Assembly: GCA_030688545.1 (NCBI GenBank)
Contig: JAUYHT010000006.1
Coordinates: 150,001 to 182,000, forward strand
Reading direction: 5' to 3'
DNA length: 32,000 bases
Source of the DNA: Candidatus Iainarchaeum sp.
GTDB taxonomy: Archaea > Iainarchaeota > Iainarchaeia > Iainarchaeales > VGJJ01
In this document: positions 26,801 through 32,000 of the stretch, piece after piece
Position numbering within the stretch: position 1 is the stretch's first letter
Layout of the letters: each line of letters starts with the position of its first letter
The notes under the pieces: generated by a model
Databases searched by the model: none
What the model saw: the letters and a program-made list of their open reading frames with translations, nothing else
What the model was told of the DNA's origin: nothing
Translations under genes and position numbers: made by a program

Positions 26801-29800
26801 TTCCTTCCACCTGGATGGATACTGTTTGACGGGTGGGGGTTTGTTTGGTGAGGAACAAGTGATAGGTTGCTTCCGCATCCTTCTCAATTATTTCATCTCC
26901 CGATTGAAGGGGGTTGATATCCAGCCCATTCGTCCCCACCGTTGAGGGAGTGATGCGGGTGATGCGCACGGGCTCGAGGCAGGTGTTGCGAATAGTGAAT
27001 GGTTTGGATATCGTCCCGCTCAAAGTGGAGGAGGCAAACAGAATGGGGGTGTCCAAAGCGCTTATTTCAAGGCACGAGCTGGTTCCCGTTTGGATGGAAA
27101 TGTCCACCCTCCGGAGGAGGATGCGTTTGCCTTCCACGATCCCTGAAATGACAATGGTCCGCGGAGGATTTTTTTCAGGGACGCGCGTCAGCTCCCCCAC
27201 CAGATTTAAGGGGGGTTGCATCGTCTGACCGGGGGCTAATGTAACCCCTGTTCCTCGAGGAGCGATTTGAATGGCGCCTTCTAATTTCAATGCCAAACCA
27301 GGAATTGTTTCCCCCTCGATCTGGGCCTGCACCCCAAAAATGGGGACGCTCCCAATATTGGTGAGGGGAATAATGGCCCGGTCCGAGGCGGGTTGGTTGT
27401 CTTTCTGGATGAGAGTAAGTTCAACGCTCGCGGGAGCCTGCACCGCGGCCTGCCTATCCCAGAAATTGATTTCCAATGGCAGGCTCGCCGCGACTTGAGG
27501 GGCGCGGAAGGCCAAAGTATAGGTCAATGGGGACTTGGGATATCCCATCCCCACCTGGTAAGGAGAGGCCCTTCCCGCATACCCACTCATTCCAAACGCA
27601 GGATTCATCCCCGAAAATCCATCCCCATACCCATATCCCCCAAACCCGGTGTTGGCTTGGCGGAGCAACTCATTCGTGATGGAGATATCCACGGCCTTCT
27701 TTTGCCCATTTTTCAAAACCAATCCGGAGTCCACGGCTGCAATACGCAGCCCATCCACCTGCAAACTCCCATCCGGCGCAAGTATACTCGGCACCACATT
27801 CAATTCCTGGCCACAATTGTTAGTCACTTCCACACTCACCCGCTTGAGTTCGGGATTTGAATAATAGCCGCTCGCCTCATACCCATAGGCATTTGTTCCC
27901 GCGGCATTGTACACCTCGGTGTTGGGCGCGCCATACAATCCATAAGGGGAAATAGCGGGGTTCGTTTGGAAACCCCCAGCCCCCCCATACAAGGATCCGA
28001 AGGGCTGGGATTCCCCCATGAGGAGCACGGATAGTTTCTGCTTGTTGAACGCCAGGCACGCAGGATCAAGGGCCGGGTTGTAGGTGATGGAGAGTTGCGT
28101 ATTTCCCCCGAGCACATGACCATTTAATACTTCTCCCTGCACGCGCAACGCGGTCGTTCCATGATGGCTACTTTGGGTGTCCGTCCCGGTGTAGGTCGCG
28201 CTTACTTGGATGATGGCACTCCCATTCGGGGGAATGGACGCAGGGGGAACAAATTCCATTTGGAGGGAGGTGGGAAATCCCTCGAATGGGACAAAGGTGC
28301 CGGTGATATTTGTGATGGGGTGCGGGGTGTTGTTGCGCACGCTAATATTTTGAGTGACCTTGGTCTGCCCAAAAGGAATAGCTATCGCCACTTTCTCTTC
28401 CAACTGAAGAGGGTTGCTAATTCCAATAGCCACACTCTCTTCAAATCGTTCAAACCCGGGAACATCTATTTTTACCGCATAAATGCCTGGGGCGAGGCGG
28501 TTAGCCAAAAGATATCCCCCGTTTTCTCCATTCTGGGGAAGATTGCGTCCTTTGGTGGAGATGGCCATTTTTCCTTTGGCATCTTGGAGGGAAATGAACG
28601 CATTGGTTATGGGATTTCCTTGTTCATCCTGCACGGTAATGCGGATTCCCTCTTCCAAGGGGATTTCCCTATCCAGTTGCACCTGCAACACGCGAGGATT
28701 GGTAAGAGTAATGGGAATCTCGCGCGACCAGGCGGTTTGACTCGTGACCAGGTTCACCTGGATACTTGTCTCCCCCTCCCCTTGAGTCACGAAATGGGCG
28801 CGGGCCTTTCCGGGGGAGGAAACAGAGAAAGTGGGCAGTGGGATAGAAATATTGGTTTCACGCACACCATCGCTATCCAACTTCCCGAAGGGGGGGACTT
28901 CTCCTTTGGTGAAGAACAGCAGGGGATCCGTGGCACTCGTACTCATACGGATGGTCGCGGAAGCAGTAGTGGCGAGCGGCACCAATCCGGGAGTGGTTGG
29001 GGAAGAAGCCGCGGCCCCAGTTGAAGTAGGGGGCGGGAGCATCTCCACGTGAAGGGCATACGTCTTTCCCGTGACGCCTCGAAACCCTCCTATTTCATAC
29101 TCCCGATTGTTTTCATCCACGAAAAAAAGAGTCGCACACACATCCCCCGTGCAGAAGGGGAGGCGCGGGTAGATGGGAATGGGAATCGTGCGCGTGTCCG
29201 CATACAATCCTGATTTGGCGGGGGTGAAAGGCGCACTACCTAATCCGTCATCCGTGGGAGTGCGTTGGACTCCTCCCTCTCCTTCCAAGGAAGCCCGGTA
29301 CTGCAGTTCCTGTGTCCCTGTGGGGATGCCCGCGCGCGCGGCGAGGCGCACATCGAAGATATGCGTGCCGGCTGGGTTATCAAGCGTGACCTCTATCCAC
29401 TTATTGAAGCTACCCGCTTTCCCGCGCTGGGCCCGGTCTTTGGGTTCGTTCCCGGGGGGAGGATTAGGGGAATAGGTTTTCCCATATTCTATTTTGGTCG
29501 CATCCCCATTTAGACCGGTGATGCCTATGAATTGCGAGTCGATGGAAGTAATCGTGTCGCTGCCCGCGCGCACGTGAAACACTCCTTTCTTCCCGGGAGG
29601 AAAACGGACCTCAAACCGAGCGAATCCTTCGTGATCGGGGGCCAAACCCGGGATGGTATTTCCCCCGGCGTCAACCAATCCCAGGAATGTGATAGATGGC
29701 GCGTCCCCGACAGATGTAGTTTCCCCGATGACCACATCTATGTTCTCACTCCCATCCAATGTGAGGGTTTGGGAAAACGTATTCCCTTGGGCATCCCGGG

Positions 29801-31520
29801 TGCGGAGATTCACCACGCGATTTCCCAATACATCCACATTCACAAACCCATCCCCAACTTCTCCCGTGAACAAAACCTCTCCGGCTTGGGATGTGAAAGT
29901 AGCCTCTCCCTGAAAGGGCGCCCCCGTTGGCAGGCGCAGGTTGAAACGAATCTCATTAAGCCCATTCGTCAATGATAATGTGATTTTGTTGAGTCCCGCG
30001 GCGATGGTCACCTCTTCATTGTCAACGACATCCCCTTTGGCCGCTTCCACGAGGAGTGTTTTTCCGATAGGCACGCGCAGGGTGAAGCTTCCCCCCGCGT
30101 CCGCGCGCTGTTCATAAACATAGGGCAGCCACCCCCCTCCCTCCTTCTCCCACACCGTGAACACCGCATCATTAGCGGCCTTCCCATTCGCATGGCTCAC
30201 GAACACCACGAGCGTCCCGGATTGCTCGGTGGTGATGGCATTCAGGAAAAGGGCAAGGGTTTTCTTCCCCTCCGAGGCGGGCAAATCATCCCATAATACC
30301 GGAGTACGCAATGGGAAATAATTAGGGTGGAAGGCCAGCACCCAATATGCGCGGGTTTGATTCAGCCCAGGGAATTCCGCGTCTCCCGAGAAAGAAGAAG
30401 AGAGGTCAGCCAATTTCTGGTTGTTAGCATCCAGAAGAAGAAGTTGCACGTTCGTAAGAGGATTGTTATTCCCCTGATTGCGGGTGGTGACAACAAGTGA
30501 AATTCCCCCACTCCCAAGGGAGGCAATGATGGTTTCTTCCTGGTTGCGCAGGGTGAGCCCATTCCCATTGGCGGTATTGGTTGAGAACCCGAGATACCCT
30601 TCTTTCTCAACCCGCACCCGAATAACCGTGCCCTTGGGAATGGTTTCAGAATGTTGCCCACTGGATGAAAGGATGTCCGTGTAGGTGGCCCCACTCGCAG
30701 CGTCCTCGATGACAATGCGCACATCCCCCAATAGGATTTTGGTTTGCGCATCAATGGCTTTCACCAAAACAGTGCTGGTCCCGCTCCGGGCATCCGCCTT
30801 GGGCGAGAGTTCTTTTATTTTGGTATCCGTTCCCGTGAATGTGATGATGTCCACGAGGTCCTCGTAATTGTTGGCTTTCAGGGTGAGGGATATGGCTTTG
30901 TTGAGAGGGGCGTTCAATAATGCCACCCCTTCCGCGTTAGTCGTAGTCGTCAATGGAAATTCATTCCCCGTCCACGTGGCAGATACCACGACCCCAGGGA
31001 TAGGCGTCTGCGTCTCCTTGTCCACTATTTTTAATTTACCTACAATGGCTTCGTTATCCCCTTGAAGGATGATGCGTAGCCCGGTGTTGGTGCTGAGCAA
31101 TGTGGCTTCGTTCGACTCATACCCTTGTTTCCGCGCCTGCACGGTAAGCACCGCTTGAGGGGATATTCCTTCTAACAAAATAGTTTGTCCATCCGAAGCC
31201 GTGAGTTCCTTGATAATATTCCCCTGCTCGTCAACGATCTGCAGCGAGGCGTTGCGCAAACTTTCCCCCGTATGGTCGCGGAGTTGAAGGGTAAAAGAAA
31301 TATCCTGCGTCGTGGGAGTAGTGACCAGGTAAGCCAAACCCCCGATCAGCAGAACGAAAAGAGCCAGCGTCACGGGCAATGCGGGAATACCCTTGCTCTC
31401 CAAGGCATCATTGTACGCCCACGGAAAACCGATTCCCTTTTCCTCGAAAAAATCCAGGACACCATAATAGGCATCCTCCAGTTTCACGTAAAGGTTCCCC
31501 AACCCCGCGCTCAAACCCAT
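23892..31520 (-). CDS. Giant signal-anchored surface protein, paralog G4 (2,542 aa from ATG 31520)
   Basis: Uninterrupted 7.6-kb ORF. The track start 31538 is a TTG only 10 nt from the TATA box. ATG 31520 gives MGLSAGLGNLYVKLEDAYYGVLDFFEEKGIGFPWAYNDALESKGIPALPVTLALFVLLIGGLAYL. Beta-sandwich repeats are present (e.g. KLKIVDKETQTPIPGVVVSATW...TNAEGVALLNAP). There are two G/Y/F-rich low-complexity patches and the motif TQAYCDAEQ. An extra C-terminal hydrophobic/helical module is also present. Confidence 0.9.
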   Translation of the reverse strand: MGLSAGLGNLYVKLEDAYYGVLDFFEEKGIGFPWAYNDALESKGIPALPVTLALFVLLIGGLAYLVTTPTTQDISFTLQLRDHTGESLRNASLQIVDEQGNIIKELTASDGQTILLEGISPQAVLTVQARKQGYESNEATLLSTNTGLRIILQGDNEAIVGKLKIVDKETQTPIPGVVVSATWTGNEFPLTTTTNAEGVALLNAPLNKAISLTLKANNYEDLVDIITFTGTDTKIKELSPKADARSGTSTVLVKAIDAQTKILLGDVRIVIEDAASGATYTDILSSSGQHSETIPKGTVIRVRVEKEGYLGFSTNTANGNGLTLRNQEETIIASLGSGGISLVVTTRNQGNNNPLTNVQLLLLDANNQKLADLSSSFSGDAEFPGLNQTRAYWVLAFHPNYFPLRTPVLWDDLPASEGKKTLALFLNAITTEQSGTLVVFVSHANGKAANDAVFTVWEKEGGGWLPYVYEQRADAGGSFTLRVPIGKTLLVEAAKGDVVDNEEVTIAAGLNKITLSLTNGLNEIRFNLRLPTGAPFQGEATFTSQAGEVLFTGEVGDGFVNVDVLGNRVVNLRTRDAQGNTFSQTLTLDGSENIDVVIGETTSVGDAPSITFLGLVDAGGNTIPGLAPDHEGFARFEVRFPPGKKGVFHVRAGSDTITSIDSQFIGITGLNGDATKIEYGKTYSPNPPPGNEPKDRAQRGKAGSFNKWIEVTLDNPAGTHIFDVRLAARAGIPTGTQELQYRASLEGEGGVQRTPTDDGLGSAPFTPAKSGLYADTRTIPIPIYPRLPFCTGDVCATLFFVDENNREYEIGGFRGVTGKTYALHVEMLPPPTSTGAAASSPTTPGLVPLATTASATIRMSTSATDPLLFFTKGEVPPFGKLDSDGVRETNISIPLPTFSVSSPGKARAHFVTQGEGETSIQVNLVTSQTAWSREIPITLTNPRVLQVQLDREIPLEEGIRITVQDEQGNPITNAFISLQDAKGKMAISTKGRNLPQNGENGGYLLANRLAPGIYAVKIDVPGFERFEESVAIGISNPLQLEEKVAIAIPFGQTKVTQNISVRNNTPHPITNITGTFVPFEGFPTSLQMEFVPPASIPPNGSAIIQVSATYTGTDTQSSHHGTTALRVQGEVLNGHVLGGNTQLSITYNPALDPACLAFNKQKLSVLLMGESQPFGSLYGGAGGFQTNPAISPYGLYGAPNTEVYNAAGTNAYGYEASGYYSNPELKRVSVEVTNNCGQELNVVPSILAPDGSLQVDGLRIAAVDSGLVLKNGQKKAVDISITNELLRQANTGFGGYGYGDGFSGMNPAFGMSGYAGRASPYQVGMGYPKSPLTYTLAFRAPQVAASLPLEINFWDRQAAVQAPASVELTLIQKDNQPASDRAIIPLTNIGSVPIFGVQAQIEGETIPGLALKLEGAIQIAPRGTGVTLAPGQTMQPPLNLVGELTRVPEKNPPRTIVISGIVEGKRILLRRVDISIQTGTSSCLEISALDTPILFASSTLSGTISKPFTIRNTCLEPVRITRITPSTVGTNGLDINPLQSGDEIIEKDAEATYHLFLTKQTPTRQTVSIQVEGIQVLSQRGVASNPLLIDIRIGENELEQGLSTNAIPVPLCGGGTIDVRFPVVAQKDECTQAYCDAEQAANFLSKTIEQQISKTVQLMQGKKNDASQFTGCDLTQRYCTFPQLGIQNLTFDLYLQHDIVSPEIMNYAMQGEKYPRLKGMQAQLNPGLQGENPEEVFRSRLGTGLGGLVFIPPLQGCGQYTLTLMGGVEVAANQLQPNHINVGVAHVTYRKTAECQDTITNAANFLPRDGTLTFNNNRNTLLGMVTSSDELRTQGEWLADTVFGSPNRYALRTGSNHLDLRIGNLTESVVELTLDPTTTGNDPKRILTTVKRTQGNVPKEVISEVGQILTSLGSNVNGCVTPDLQTWRIFSIKDVGAFTYEGCSPGASNVNGLAVRSSLACCTLESRSDIKSNVSYTLNPNGTTIPGLTELNLYETGGAEEALSERPTNIITYGAEYELGFDPNGQVYRKEVLLCGQTDPRIQQRADRVKVESIATRTLDGVRADPLSIELRTCTQTPEQLLSKALQKGDGTWHGTVDWTEDQSQKTIQQVTQQLSATRGLGESYVSYAGQGIKAIDNPVYEAALRQRQDASLLSFGATCAITCGACQLGAGLIFGGTTLAAGAIDCAVSCGAGGAAGWFSVHQEQADGTFLETPADIAGYPVNALREGTDFAFDIDEENEPAAAGAAFGTLTSVPKNLWKPVRKVSVGDPTNLIKETDLAFIEQTQRQIITRIEGNKLVAAGYMERFKDLTIPPTPAGGVRQPARIATIPVVEADQWAKQIRNFASIQNNAAQKFDNLITAYEGKPGFNKAEMDALKGQVLDRITQIDKETTSLRKALRTGYASPYPDEVFKHHASDVSRLASESLEKAKSFKIPSKYFQTKAGKITKAVGQGLVCGGAGNVAGYFAYRSMLTKEIENKITLQTGSNNVLDAVTQELVFEKGQSYAITVGQDSENETGRIMTIDLLPNDAYVAPATWVDCG

Positions 31521-31548
31521 AGCAATCCCACCCATCAAACCACGGGAA

Positions 31549-31556
31549 TTTATAAA
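31549..31556. promoter_or_regulatory. Palindromic TATA-like box TTTATAAA upstream of G4
   Basis: Centred about 26 nt upstream of position 31526, which puts ATG 31520 within a few nt of the predicted transcript start. The box reads the same on both strands and directly abuts repeat unit 1 on the plus side. Confidence 0.55.
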
Positions 31557-31880
31557 GGGCCGTTTTCGTCCGGCCGCACCGAGGGACGTGGGAGGTCATT
31601 GACCTCCCAGCGGCCGGAACAATTTGTTTCATTCCAATGTCCACTTTTCAACCAGGGCCGTTTTCGACCGGCCGCACCGAGGGACGAGGGGGATTTACAA
31701 TCCCCCGGCGGCCGCTACGACCCATTTATCGCCAAGATAAAGAAAAACACGTTCGCCCGGCCGCACCGAACCCGGGGTATCTACGAAACCCCTGAAGAAA
31801 AGATATAGATTAACTCGTCCGGCTGCTCCGAAGGATGAGGGGAATTCTGTAAACCTCTGGAAATGACTTCCTCCGCGGCC
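31557..31880. repeat. Four tandem GC-rich structured repeat units (31557..31617, 31655..31715, ~31751..31795, ~31814..31880)
   Basis: Units 1 and 2 are 61 nt each and lie 98 nt apart. They share GGGCCGTTTTCG(T/A)CCGGCCGCACCGAGGGACG, then a hairpin of different sequence (GGGAGGT-cattg-ACCTCCC versus GGGGGAT-ttaca-ATCCCCC), then GCGGCCG, which pairs back to CGGCCGC. Units 3 (CGCCCGGCCGCACCGAA + GGGGT..ACCCC) and 4 (CGTCCGGCTGCTCCGAAGGA ... GCGGCC) are degenerate copies. Confidence 0.7.
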
Positions 31881-32000
31881 TAAAGGCCGGGGTATCCATG
31901 CAGAGCTAGAACGTCAATCGGCTCGCGTGATCGCTCGCCCAACAATGGGCGACGAATGTCGCCGGCCAGTTTCGGAACCTTTTTCATAAAAGGTTCATCA

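Noticed and set aside
4167-31520. Enzymatic domains in the giants (HExxH metalloprotease, GDSGG or GTSxA serine protease, nuclease or glycosidase signatures).
   Set aside because: I scanned the translations by eye and found no such motif. This is weak negative evidence only, and profile searches are needed.
31557-31880. Reading the repeat units as tRNA genes, tRNA halves, or a CRISPR array.
   Set aside because: The hairpin loops can be forced into 7-nt anticodon-like loops (for example TTGTAAA on the minus strand of unit 2). But unit 1 gives C at position 33 and an unused anticodon, and I could draw no D-arm, no T-arm with a proper T-loop and no acceptor stem. As for CRISPR, the units are not identical, the spacing is irregular (98, ~97, ~62 nt) and the variable part lies inside the unit rather than between units.

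Overview
The window is 32 kb and almost all genes are on the minus strand. Four tandem giant genes fill about 25.5 kb (about 80%). G1 is <1..2864 (only the N-terminal 954 codons; it is missing from the ORF track because it has no stop in the window). G2 is 4167..11567, G3 is 14428..22005 and G4 is 23892..31520. The complete ones are about 2,470-2,540 aa each. They are divergent but collinear paralogs. Each starts with MG and carries the same ~45-aa N-terminal box (by eye: Y..LED.(W/Y)Y..LD....G.P.Y..ID......IP(S/T/A)(F/L)) followed by one signal-anchor helix. A long run of carboxypeptidase-regulatory-like/Ig-like beta-sandwich repeats comes next, then shared Cys landmarks ((E)FC(F/A), (Y/F)CDA(T/E)Q) and a shared C-terminal half. 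I saw no catalytic motif by eye. Each complete giant is followed by a small unrelated gene. After G4 comes a 583-aa Cys-rich protein with a type IV pilin-like (class III) signal peptide. After G3 comes a 155-aa polytopic membrane protein. After G2 comes a 353-aa basic coiled-coil protein with AT-hook-like GRP motifs. Between G3 and G2 lies a ~2.2-kb AT-rich island with three orphan ORFs. It also holds a ~230-nt decayed copy of an internal piece of G2; its best-conserved 63 codons differ from G2 only by synonymous changes, and the copy also carries a frameshift and other lesions. Upstream of G4 there are four tandem GC-rich structured repeats whose hairpins change in a compensatory way. TATA-like boxes centred ~26-28 nt upstream of several start codons (a leaderless layout) and the pilin-type signal lacking Glu at +5 suggest an archaeal, uncultivated genome. 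The taxon and all domain calls are by-eye inference. I recognised no rRNA, tRNA, CRISPR array, transposase or integrase.
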